Shown piece by piece: positions 1 through 10,700 of a DNA stretch of 32,000 bases. Source of the stretch: Bigelowiella natans nucleomorph. Its lineage: Eukaryota > Protista > Cercozoa. Within the stretch, counting starts at the first letter, position 1; every line of letters begins with the position of its first letter. A program made the translations under genes and the position numbers. The notes below the pieces were generated by a model. That model searched no databases. It was given only the letters and a program-made list of their open reading frames with translations, and was not told where the DNA came from. Location of the stretch: contig DQ158856.1 of the NCBI GenBank assembly GCA_000002455.1, forward strand, positions 60,001-92,000. Reading direction: 5' to 3'.

Positions 1-536
1 GCGTTCATTTTTAACTTTTTGTTCTTTAAATTTTTAGTCTTATGAGTAAATAACTCGGTAATAATTGTGTGATGAATAAGCTTACCTTTGATGTGATAGA
101 AGCCATGTGAGAAATTAAGATCATTTTTATAGGGTGAACAATAAAAATAGCACAGACGCTTGTGTTTATGGTTTTCGCTATTATTAGTAAGCCAAGTTTT
201 AGAATTTATATCTTTTATAAGATTGTTAGCAAGCCAATTTTTATTTGGAGGATTATAAGAACTCTCAAAATTATTTAAAAAATGTTCTAGATTTTGTTTG
301 TTAATGAAGTTATTAGAATAAAACTTATATGTAAGTTTATTCTTGAAATTATGTAGAAGTTGACTATTTTTTGAATTTTCTAGAATGATTGATTCTTTGT
401 TTAATTTTAAGTATAATAATTTATAGTATAAATTGATCCATGAAATTCTTTTTTGAGATAAATATTTCTTAAAGATCAGCAATGCATTGTAGCTCTTATA
501 TCTGGAACTATATTCTATTTTTCGCTTTATCTTCAT
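1..536 (-). CDS. Hypothetical protein, partial (runs off the window start)
   Basis: Hand translation: ATG at 536-534 opens a stop-free frame of ~178 codons to position 1 (MKIKRKIEYSSRYKSYNALL...KRLCYFYCSPYKNDLNFSHGFYHIKGK). No motif recognised. Confidence 0.55.
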   Translation of the reverse strand, partial: MKIKRKIEYSSRYKSYNALLIFKKYLSQKRISWINLYYKLLYLKLNKESIILENSKNSQLLHNFKNKLTYKFYSNNFINKQNLEHFLNNFESSYNPPNKNWLANNLIKDINSKTWLTNNSENHKHKRLCYFYCSPYKNDLNFSHGFYHIKGKLIHHTIITELFTHKTKNLKNKKLKMN

Positions 537-743
537 TTATTCTTATTTTTATATAACATATTTAAGTATATTCTCAAGAAACAATGTACATTTACTTGTT
601 TTGTCATTATCTGTGATATAAACTTTCTAATTATTTTTGGAATTATAATGTAAGTATAAATTTAGAAATAAATAGTTGAGAGCACTCCTCCACAGATTAG
701 AAAAAACTATAAGTAGTTTACTTCACAACTAACAATAGTAATT

Positions 744-921
744 ATGATCGAGCCATCCCTTCAAATTTTAGCTTTGAAATATAAATTAAAAAAAAAAGTA
801 TGTAGAAAGTTAATTAATTATTATGAGATGTTATGCAACTAATAGTTATAAATCTAAAAATTGTAGGAAAAAAAAATGTGGACACTGTGTTTTTTTAAGA
901 AACAAAAAGAAATCTAAATAA
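744..921 (+). CDS. rpl40: 60S ribosomal protein eL40, stand-alone (no ubiquitin moiety), one 19-nt intron at 809-827
   Basis: Spliced: MIEPSLQILALKYKLKKKVCRK|CYATNSYKSKNCRKKKCGHCVFLRNKKKSK. Matches eL40 IEPSL...CRKCYA...NCRKKKCGH zinc ribbon. In-frame stop upstream at 714-716. Confidence 0.93.
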
Positions 922-1124
922 AATTTTGTTAATATCTTTTAGAATCACGCAAAGTTTTAAAAAAAGAATCTACTAATATTTTATCAATTTTAAACTTATT
1001 CAAAAGTCTGAATTGTAATATATAAAAATTGCAAGAAATTTGCAATTAAAATATTAATAACTATAAATAAGTAACTGATTCGAATATACTTTGAACGATT
1101 GGAGATTAATGATAAGTTTTTCTT

Positions 1125-1205
1125 GTCAAAATGCCTGAGTGGTCAAAGGGGCCAGACTCAAGTTCTGGTGCACTAGCTTCGTGGGTTCGAATCCCGCTTT
1201 TGACA
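1125..1205 (+). tRNA. trnL: tRNA-Leu(CAA)
   Basis: Acceptor GTCAAAA/TTTTGAC, anticodon arm CCAGA-CTCAAGT-TCTGG, extended variable arm, T-loop GGTTCGAATCC. Confidence 0.95.
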
Positions 1206-1732
1206 TGATTATGTCCTCTATCACTAGAATCAATTTATGTGATAATTTATCAAGCGTAAAAATAAATTTCTTGATATCGCATATTATTTTTGAAAGTATC
1301 CTTCATAGAATTTATACAGTAATATTTTTATTGAAAGATTTATAATAGAATAAATCAAAGAATAATTTTTTTTTCTAAAGTATTATTATTTTGAATTCGA
1401 ATATCATTTGTATCTTCAAGAAAAATTGCTTTTCAACAGAAATAATAAATAATGAAACGAATAGAAAAAAAAATAATTTTGAAAAACTAAGCTTTGTTTT
1501 CAAATATCTATTAAAAAATAATATCGTAGATAAACGTAAAAATAAATAAATAGCCAATATTTTATTCATAATGCAACCTAACTCGTTCCTTGAATTACTC
1601 AATAATAAAGCCTTTTGTAATTTTTCTCTTAATGGTAAATAAATATTTAAATAGTTCAATATCTATTTAAACAATATTGCGATAAATTAATCAATTTATT
1701 TAATGGATTTTTAGGAAGATATATTAAAGCTA

Positions 1733-2228
1733 ATGGTTTACAAATTAAAAAAAGAAAAGTTTGATTTCAGTATTAATATGACTTGTTTGTATAACGATTT
1801 TCAAAATAGTAGATCTGGTTGGTTTCAATTAGAATCTTTATCTTACGTTCGTTCGATACAAGTTATAAAGGTGTCTAAAATTCATAGCAGTAATGCTATT
1901 AATAAAATTTATTTAGAATTTAATCCAGATATTAAAGTAAAATCCAATATTATAGGAAGTAAAAAAGAAGAGCAAGTCTGAGAATTCTAATTTGTTGGAG
2001 CTAATTTCGTTTCATGAATATACTAATATCTACAATTATCAAGTAAATTCTTTAACTTATGATGAAACTATGATCTACAGAATAGCAGGAGGCTATTTAA
2101 ATGATTATTTTTTCTATTTAAAAGAGACTAATAATAGTCCTTGGAAAGCTAGATGGAAAAATTTAATTCATAAAACTACGGAAAGAATAAAAAATTTTAT
2201 TGAAGTTAATAAATATCTTTTAGGCTAG
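1733..2228 (+). CDS. Hypothetical protein, 19-nt intron at 1937-1955
   Basis: Intron GTAAAATCCAATATTATAG joins ORFs 1733 and 1992 in frame. A further possible 19-nt intron at 2205-2223 would extend the end to ~2333. Confidence 0.5.
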
Positions 2229-2233
2229 TTTAA

Positions 2234-3170
2234 ATGAAATACTATACACCGAAATTAGTATTTCTGAGAAAATTAAATTTAATAATTACTTTGACAGTCA
2301 TAAAGTATATTTCAATAAAACTATCTTTCATTAATGGAATAAGAGTTATAAATTTTAAAGTAAAAACTTCTTAGATAGAAGTTAAAAATTAATAGCTTAA
2401 TTTCAATAAATGATAAAAAAAAGAAGACTTTAAATCAACTAAAGTGGCCTTTCAAATCTTTTTTAGTTTTTGTTATAATCAATCTTACTATTGCAACTCA
2501 AGTATAATTCATTAATAAAAGCACTATAAGATAAAAAGAATAGTAGATTATAAAACTAATCGATTGATAGGGCATAAAAGTGAAATATTACGTTTTGATT
2601 TTTCTAACAAAACTTATCGTTTGTTAAAACTTATAATATTTAATTATATAAAAAAACGTCTCTCTATCACAAATATATGCTTTTTATCGATTTTCAATAA
2701 TCCATGTGGGTTAGCTTCCTTAGAGAGGGTAACTGCAAAGAATAAAATGTTTCATTTCACGATACTAAAAACAGGGTCAATAGGTAATTTTTAAAATAAA
2801 AGCTTTCCTGCTTAAAGTATTAAACACTTTCTGTAAGCTAATAATGATTAAGAAAGAACTGCATTCTAGGCATAGCATCTTTGAAAATATAAAAAATATA
2901 AATTTTAATACTGTTAAAAAATTTTACTCTATTAAAGATATATTTGGATTTTCTTTAATAAAAAAAGCAAATATAAACTTTTTTTATTTTTCAAATAAAA
3001 GCATAAAAACTAGCAGCTATTTTATCATTAATACATATAAAAACTTTCTTTTAGTAATAAACATTAAAAAATATAGCATAGTTAATAGTTTTATGTGTTT
3101 TAAAAATTCTCTTAGCTCAAAAAACTTTAAAAATATAAGTCTTGACTATTGGTGTTATGTGGATTTCTAA
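2234..3170 (+). CDS. Hypothetical protein, introns 2360-2378 (19 nt), 2502-2521 (20 nt), 2784-2802 (19 nt)
   Basis: Three GT-AG mini-introns join ATG 2234 through ORFs 2564 and 2844 into one frame. No motif recognised. Confidence 0.5.
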
Positions 3171-3226
3171 AACAAGATATTGTAAAATGCAACAGTATTG
3201 TTAAATAATTACAATTGTTTATTTGA

Positions 3227-5263
3227 ATGAACTCACTAATATTTATTAAATTAAAGTACATCTTAAAAAGCATCACTGCTAATAAAAACATAAATATGAT
3301 TTTAACTACATCATCTATACTAAACATCATGAATATATTTAATAACTATATAATATTTGTATGTACTTCTTTACTATCAAATAAACTAACAATAAAAGAA
3401 ATATTTATACTTAATACGATTGTAAAAATAACCAATTTTGTTTTTATTCAAAAAACTAATATAAAAGGTAATATAATAGTATAAAAGAAAATTTTATTAG
3501 CGGGATTTTTAATGATGCTTTTCAAATAGATTTAATATTCTTTAAGCTACTTAAAATTAATGAAATTTACGTGAATGTAGTATTTAAGCTACTACTTATA
3601 ATACATTCATATATTCGTAGAACAAATTTTAATAAAATAATAATAAAAACTAACAGCTCTTGTTCATTGAAGAAAAATATTGATTTTTTACTTGTTTATT
3701 TTTCAATGAAGATAATAAAAAAATCTTTACTTTTAAAAAATATGGAAAGTGTTAAGCTTAGAGAACTTTTACTAACAAAACATTTCCCTGCACTAATCAG
3801 AAGTTCTCCAAAAATCTCATTGTTATATAATACAATTATTTCAATAGCAAATAGTTGCAATATTTTAGGTTATAATTCAAATTTTTTCACTTTCATAGAT
3901 CTTCCTTACATTTATTTGTGGGTTAAAAATAATAAAGAAAATAGTAAGTATGTCATTGACCAAAGGAAAACTTTTTCAATAAACGAACCAATAAATTCAA
4001 GTTTACCACAACAAAAATATTTAAATACACATAAAATTAAATTTAATAGAATTAAACTAGTGAACTTTTTAAATAATCTCTCGTGTATTTATGAAACTAA
4101 CGAAGAAAATACTATTAACACTAAATTTATCTACAATCGTCTTGTATTAAAAAATAAATATTACTATAGATCAGAATTTAACGTCACTGAAGTAGTAAAA
4201 AAAAATTTGTTCTTAGTCGACTTTTCACTTTTACGAAATAATATTGTTTGTCGAGACTTTTTAAAAATATTTATACGTTTATATTTCTTTTCTTATTCTA
4301 CATTATCTTCATTAAAATTTTTTTTGATATATCTTATTATTAAAAATATTCAATTATTGAATATACATCAAATTATGGCAAAAAGTAAACATTTTGATTT
4401 AAGACGTATTAATAATGTCAGATATTATGCCATGGAAAAGTTTAAAATTCAATATATATAAAAAGCTAATCAATAAAAGTATCATTTCAACTTCATTTAA
4501 ATTAGAAAAAAATAGATTTACCTTTAGATATTCTAAAAATAAATCTATTTTTTACTTTCGATTTTCTAAAAATATAATTATTACTACAAAAAGTCGTAAG
4601 CTATTTTATATTTTGAAATTATTTAAAAAAAAGCATAATAGGAAAAAACCTAATTCAAGAAACTTTAATTTAAAAAATATAATAGCATTAATTGAAGAGC
4701 AATCGAAATCGTCTCTAAAATTTGATTGCAAAAATTCATCCTTAAATCTGAATCTAGACTGTTTGAATGTATGAAAAATTATTTAGATTGCTGAAATATT
4801 TGATCTATCCAGTTCTGTTATTATTGCTTTAACAATTTTCTATCTTTTATTATCAAATTTTAATCCTTTTAATGAAAAAATAAGTTTATCCTATGATAAA
4901 TTGATGGAGTATGACAAATTTATTTTCTTAAAATTGTCTAATAATAAGAAGAAGCTAGATGATCCAATTGTAAACTATAGGTTTTGGTCTACTTTTTTAA
5001 TGCATCAATTAAAAACAACGATCAATAGTAAAATTATTTGTAATTTTTGCGAAAAAATCCAGATGCTTTTAAATGAAAAAAGGTTAAAAATATCTAATTT
5101 TTCAAGAATTGCTCTTATGTATAGCACAAATCTTATTTTTATAAAAAATTACTTTAAAATTAATTCTATACATTTATTAGTACGTAAAAACTTTTTACAA
5201 AATAAGATTTCATCTATAGGAGTTATTTTAAAAAGTATATTAAAAGCTATCCTGGTCATATAG
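3227..5263 (+). CDS. Hypothetical ~659-aa K/I/N/F-rich protein, introns 3468-3487 (20 nt), 4385-4403 (19 nt), 4769-4786 (18 nt)
   Basis: Each intron has exactly the length needed to join ORFs 3227, 3571, 4415 and 4901 in frame. Confidence 0.6.
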
Positions 5264-5422
5264 ATTAAAATAACTTGTTAGTATTTAAATGCCATTTAGG
5301 GATCTTTATGCTTTGATTTACTATCTCATTCAGAGGGGATTAGTAACAATATTTTAAACTATCTAACAAAATATATATTTCAACTATTAGGGTAAACATT
5401 TTTAGATAAAACTCTTTAATTT

Positions 5423-5675
5423 ATGTCAGTTCTATACAAGGATTTTGAAAAATTAAAAAACGAATCACTAAAAATAGTACTCAAGAGTCACACTACAATC
5501 ATAGGAACTCTTCAAGGTTTAAATTTTTATTTTAGATAGCGATATTTTAGGTAATATTGTCTTAAAGTTCGCAAAAGTTTCTCAAAAAAATAAGAATGAA
5601 ATGATTTATAAAGATTTAATTATAAGAGGAAATAGTGTAAGATATATAATATTGCCAGTAAATTTTGGATTTTAA
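5423..5675 (+). CDS. snrpD1: Spliceosomal Sm protein, most like SmD1, 19-nt intron at 5517-5535
   Basis: MSVLYKDFEKLKNESLKIVLKSHTTIIGTLQ|DSDILGNIVLKFAKV...LIIRGNSVRYIILP. Sm1 and Sm2 motifs; compare SmD1 KLSHETVTIELK and IRGNNIRYFILP. Confidence 0.82.
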
Positions 5676-5771
5676 AGTTTTAAATAATAATAAATAATAA
5701 GTATTTACTTCTAATAAGTTCACTAAAAAAACAAATAAGTTAAAAGTTATCTTGGGTGAATTTTAATAATA

Positions 5772-6101
5772 ATGGTATTTTTTATTTAGAAAAGGGTAGA
5801 ATTAAATCAAATAATATTAAAGCAATATCCAGAAAACTGTTTAATAAAGATAGTATGAAAACAAAATTTTGTTTTATAAAAAACAAGTCGTTGATAGAAT
5901 ATTTTCTAAGAACTCAAACAAAAAAAATTAGAAATAAGATTTCTTCTTTTCTTATTGTACTTGGATAATTAATAGGATATAGGAAAAAATGAGTATAAAT
6001 TAAAGGGTGCGGTTCAAAATAATAAAATAACTAAAAAAATCAAAGTACAACATTTATTCACTGAGTCTATATTTGTAAACTATGTCAAATTGATTAATTA
6101 G
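5772..6101 (+). CDS. rps17: 40S ribosomal protein eS17, introns 5775-5794 (20 nt, directly after ATG) and probably 5957-5975 (19 nt)
   Basis: M|GRIKSNNIKAISRKLFNK...FIKNKSLIE...TKKIRNKISSFL matches eS17 MGRVRTKTVKKAARVIIEK...NKRVCEE...SKKLRNKIAGYV. The 3' end is uncertain. Confidence 0.82.
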
Positions 6102-6779
6102 AATGTATAATAATAAATAATTTTTAAATAGTATTCTTCCAATCTATAAATTTAATATCTATTAACAAATTATAATTCAATGAATCTTTATCAGAAAATA
6201 ACAAATAGAGTAGATACTAAAAAATGATAAAAAATCTAAAGAGTTAGTCATAGAATTACTATACAAGAAATTAGATTAAGGATTTTAATGATGCAAAAAA
6301 ATTTAAATATCAACAAAACTTTAGTTAAAATAATAATTATAAATATATAATAATATATTAATAAAAAATTTATAATGAATCGAGAAACGATTGATCAATT
6401 TTTCTATTCTTAAACTGATTAAAACCATGAGTTATAAATGATAGCATGGACGTATGAAAATGTAAATAATTCTAAACTATTAAAGGTACTTTGTATGTGA
6501 GTATAAAAAACATGCTATATATTTTTAAAAGTTCTGAGATTTGATAAACAACAACAAGACAAGGCAGAATATAGCATACCAGAAGTAAATAAACTTCATT
6601 ACATTCTGCGGACTGAGCAAACATATGTATAGGTAACCAACGCTTTTCACTATCAATGTTGCGTTCTATTACAAAAGTTATTGTATGAATGCTGTAACTT
6701 TATATGCCAAATAGCATGGATGTTAGAGATATTGAATGAAAAAATTCTCATTTCTTTAAAATAAATGCATGAATTTCTA

Positions 6780-6857
6780 AAACCTCAGTTGGATATTCAT
6801 CATTGGTTTAATGTTACAGGAAAAAACAACTACTATGATCCTTTAAAGTAAGGTCGT
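6780..6857 (-). ncRNA. U3: U3 snoRNA, apparently miniaturised (~78 nt)
   Basis: Minus strand reads ACGACCTTACTTTAAAGGATCA (GAC box, box A', box A; plant U3 begins ACGACCTTACTTGAACAGGATC), then AAACC-A-ATGATGA-8nt-CTGA-GGTTT (C'/D kink-turn with a 5-bp closing stem). Confidence 0.8.
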
Positions 6858-6919
6858 AATTATACATATGAACTAAAGTCAACAACTAGCTTTTAGAATT
6901 ATAAATATTTACTATAAGC

Positions 6920-7324
6920 ATGACTTTCCCTACATACATAGTGATTTATATTATCGCTTTTAGTAATAAACTAATTTGTTTTTTAATGTATAATTTTTTA
7001 AACTTTCTTTTTACTTCGGTATTAAAGTACTTTGGTTTTTTTTCTTGTCCTAAAAAAAATAAAAAGACCTATTTTAATAATAATCTTAATTCTTTTCCTT
7101 ATACTTTATTTTCAATCAGTTTTATATTTATTTTTATATATTTTATTAATTGCACTAATGCATTGCTCTGTTCTTTTAATATGGATTCTTTCGATCGAAT
7201 TTTAATTATTAATTCTTTAATGATTTCCTATTTAGAACTAATCTCTCTTTATTTATTGTATAACTTATCAATTGATACTAGATTATTGAAAAGATTCAAG
7301 AAAAAACTCATCACTTATTATTAG
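6920..7324 (+). CDS. Possible hypothetical protein; strand ambiguous
   Basis: 134-aa hydrophobic ORF in the track. The minus strand also has intron-like elements (e.g. 7050-7068), so the true gene may be antisense. Confidence 0.25.
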   Translation: MTFPTYIVIYIIAFSNKLICFLMYNFLNFLFTSVLKYFGFFSCPKKNKKTYFNNNLNSFPYTLFSISFIFIFIYFINCTNALLCSFNMDSFDRILIINSLMISYLELISLYLLYNLSIDTRLLKRFKKKLITYY

Positions 7325-7746
7325 TATTTTTCAAACAAAAATTTTTATCAACAGGTGGTCATCTTTGTTTTTATCTCATATAATAAATTGATGAGAAACT
7401 ACATTTAGACTAAGTAAGTACGAAAGAATTATTAATTTAGTTATTATTTTTATTTACTTTTCATTTTTAAAAAATTTTTTTGGTAAACAATTTTTGCACT
7501 TTTTAAAATAATAGAAATAGGATAAATTAAGCAAAACCGTAATCAAAACTTGAATGCTATCACCACCTCTATTATATATGTCGTTAAGTTTAAAACATCT
7601 TTTAAAAACTGAAATAATAGAGCATAATAAGTATATGATAAAAAAATTAAGCACCAATTTTCATTTTCATAAAGAGTACTTCATCAATTTTATATATAAA
7701 AAGATCAATTTGAAATTTTTATTACCATCTTCTTTATTTTTTTGAA

Positions 7747-10700
7747 TTATTGATCATAGACTTTTCTTACGGATACTTTTCCAGTCCCAGTTGTTATTTT
7801 TGTACCTGTAAAAATATTACTCGCTACTGATTCATTACATTCAATAGATTTATGAGCTATACTTTTTCTAAGATTTTTCCAATTAGATTCAAAACTGATA
7901 TTATGGAAAAGTGAATCTGATATATCTAAAAAATTTCTTTGCATTCTAATTACAAAACCCTAAAATATTTTTAGTTACTTTAAATGTCATATAACTACAA
8001 ATAATTTTAATGTGTATTTTATTAATTTTAATATTTTGATGGCTAATAGTGTTTAATATATTCCAATATATTAAATTGTAACATGATTCAATACCGAAAT
8101 AGTAACGATGATTATTAAGTTTATGAAAAGTACTACAGTTTAAGGAAATAAACTTCAGTTTTTTGATAAAACAATTAATACTAATACCTTTAGTTATCAA
8201 AAAAAAGCAAGATGCTTTACTATCTACAATAGCAGAAGAATTAGTCAGTTTTTTACTACCATATATTTTTTCATTTAAAAACTTGCTGTTACCCATAGTT
8301 AATAGTGACATGTTTGTTTTATTATTGTTTTTCACTGTTATTGTTATACTTTTACTCCTATAATCAATAAAATATCTGAATTTTATTGATGAGATAGTTC
8401 TTTGGATTAATTTTAGTAGAGGTACTTTATAGATTAAATTTATCTTTTTTTTCAATGATTTTCTATAATTTAAGAAATAATTGGAAATTCGATGTATATA
8501 GGGTTTCTTGTATTCTTGTTTCGAATATTTATAATAGAGTACTTTAAATATTAATTTGATAATGCGTTTAAATATAGTTTTTGAAAGTTTTAAAGATAAA
8601 TTATAAATATTTAGTCTTATTCTTTTTACAAATTTTCCAATATTGACGATCTGAAATGAATTACTAATAAGAATACTTGAAGAATTTATAGACTTCACAG
8701 AAAAGATAAAATCCATCATTGATATTGTATTTAGTGTAAAATTTCTATTCAATAGAATATTAAAAGAATCTTTATAATTATATATGCTTCTGTTTAGTTT
8801 TAATGCTAGCATTGGAATTTTTTTTGAATGAATATATAAGCCTTGAACTAATTGAACTAGATAAGGGATTCCTCTATTAACTCCTTCATTAACTATGCCA
8901 GTATTATGAAAAGTATTTAGAGTCATCTGAGTGAGTGGTTCACCTATGCTTTGGCCACACAAAACACCTAATGGACTAAAACATGCAGTTTGTTTGGCAC
9001 GACTTATTATTAGAAAATTGTAGATCATGAGCATAAAGTAGAAATTAAAAAAGTTTAAATTGTTCAGTTTCTTTGAAGAACTATAAAATTTATACGAATT
9101 GCTCTTAAAATAAAAGTTAAACAAATTCTGATGCAATTTTGATAAAGTAAAAGTTTGATAGAAGTTTACAAAATATTTATTGAAGGAGATTTCATCGTTG
9201 AATGTTACTTTCCCATTTGTAAAGGTTCTATTAAGATATCTATGCCATTTTTTAATTAAACTAAATAACGAATATATATCGAGTTTTTGCTTGCAATAAT
9301 TATTTTTCAAGAATTGTAATACTCTTCTAAACTCATTGTACTGATTATCATTAGGCTTCATGATTACATCTGAAACGCTGTAATAATAAAAATCTAAAAT
9401 TTCTTTATTGATTGAATTTCTAATTGTAGCATCATTTTCTAAATATAAATTCTCAAGCATTTTTATCAACGATCTCTGTAAATATCCAGATCTACTTACT
9501 TTAGTTGCGGTATCAAGAAGTCCCAATCTTCCTGATAAGGTATGAGCAAAAAATTCAAAATTCGATAATCCTAAAAGATAATTTCCAAAAATGAAATTAT
9601 TCACAATTCTATTAATATCTATCATGTTGCGCAAATTAGGATACAATGAAAGTTCTATACGACCCATGAAAAAAGTTATTAAAAATATATTTCTTTCAGA
9701 ACCTTTAGCACCAGCTTTTACCATGTTTAATAGGGAATTTGAAGATGTTTTTCTTTTGTATATCTCCTCTTTAAATTTATTTTTGCTAAATAATAATAAC
9801 TTATTTTCCAGACCTTTCAATTTTAATATTATCCTTTCCTCGTTATTTTCTACTAATGTAACAAATTTCGATGAAAAGGTTTTAAATACTCTTGTGTAAC
9901 AATAAAATGAATTTTTATATCTAATAAGTCCATTTTTAAAATTATAAAAAAAAGATGACAAAAAATCTCTTTTATCATTCTTAAAAACTAAGTCATTAAT
10001 TCCAAAAGTAATTCCAATTTTTGATGTCATTTTATATAACAAGTGTGAAAGTTTATTTACAAATATTGAATAATTTATCTGATTGGTGCTTTGCTGAATT
10101 TTATTAAATAATTTATTTGATTTAAAATCATAAGAATCCAAAATTCCATTTGTAATTTCTCCATTGTTTACAATGATTGCATTTTTTTCATTTGGAAATA
10201 AGTCAAAAGCTAACTTTTTATTAAGACTTTTTTTGAAATATAATATTCGTTTTTCATTTAATGAAATATTACAGTCTAATAATAAAAAATTAATAATCTG
10301 TAGGCCTGTAAAATAGCCTTTTTTAGTGTTTCGTGAGTAAATAATTGGTTTTAGTTTTTCAACATTAGTAATTTCTGTTGCGCAATAAATTTTACTCACA
10401 TCTGTAAAATCAATAAAAAAGTCTTTAAATGTTAAAATTCTAAGCATAACCAGGTTATCTTGAATTAAGTTTCTCATTAGAGAACTATCTTTTGAACTTA
10501 CATTATTAACGTCAGCAAAAGTTAAAAAAGTTGACTCGGATTTAGATTCATAACCTCTAATTACGTGAAAGTTTATTTCATCTCCATCAAAATCAAGATT
10601 ATAACTTTTACAATTAATGTAGTTCATTTTTATCGTGTGATCCGTACTAATTAATTTAATTTTATGTGATAATAAACCTAAGTTATGTAAAGTTGGTTGT

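Noticed and set aside
117-134. GATCATTTTTATAG resembling animal U3 box A
   Set aside because: No GAC/A' box or C'/D motif nearby, and it lies antisense within an open frame.
1027-1047. Hairpin AATTGCAA-GAAAT-TTGCAATT
   Set aside because: An 8-bp AT-rich stem is expected by chance at this base composition.
1084-1112. ATATACT-TTGAACGAT...AGATTA resembling the U6 snRNA 5' half
   Set aside because: Lacks the invariant ACAGAGA box and AGC triad.
1139-1345. Track ORF of 68 aa
   Set aside because: Starts at a GTG inside tRNA-Leu; a translation artefact.
1375-1659. Track ORF of 94 aa, minus strand
   Set aside because: TTG start, composition typical of AT-rich noise, and no consistent spliced model on either strand.
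6600-6690. Minus-strand peptides RWLPIHMF (like Tic56 WAPIHMV) and VKSVGYLY (like Prp38 or adaptins)
   Set aside because: Short matches flanked by stops that no 18-21 nt intron removes; not enough to call a gene.
6705-6932. RNase MRP/P P4-like pair GGGAAAGTCATG (6930-6919) and ACATCCATGCTA (6723-6712) on the minus strand
   Set aside because: It would have to enclose the better-supported U3, and CATG is palindromic so the pairing is easily accidental. An Infernal search would settle it.
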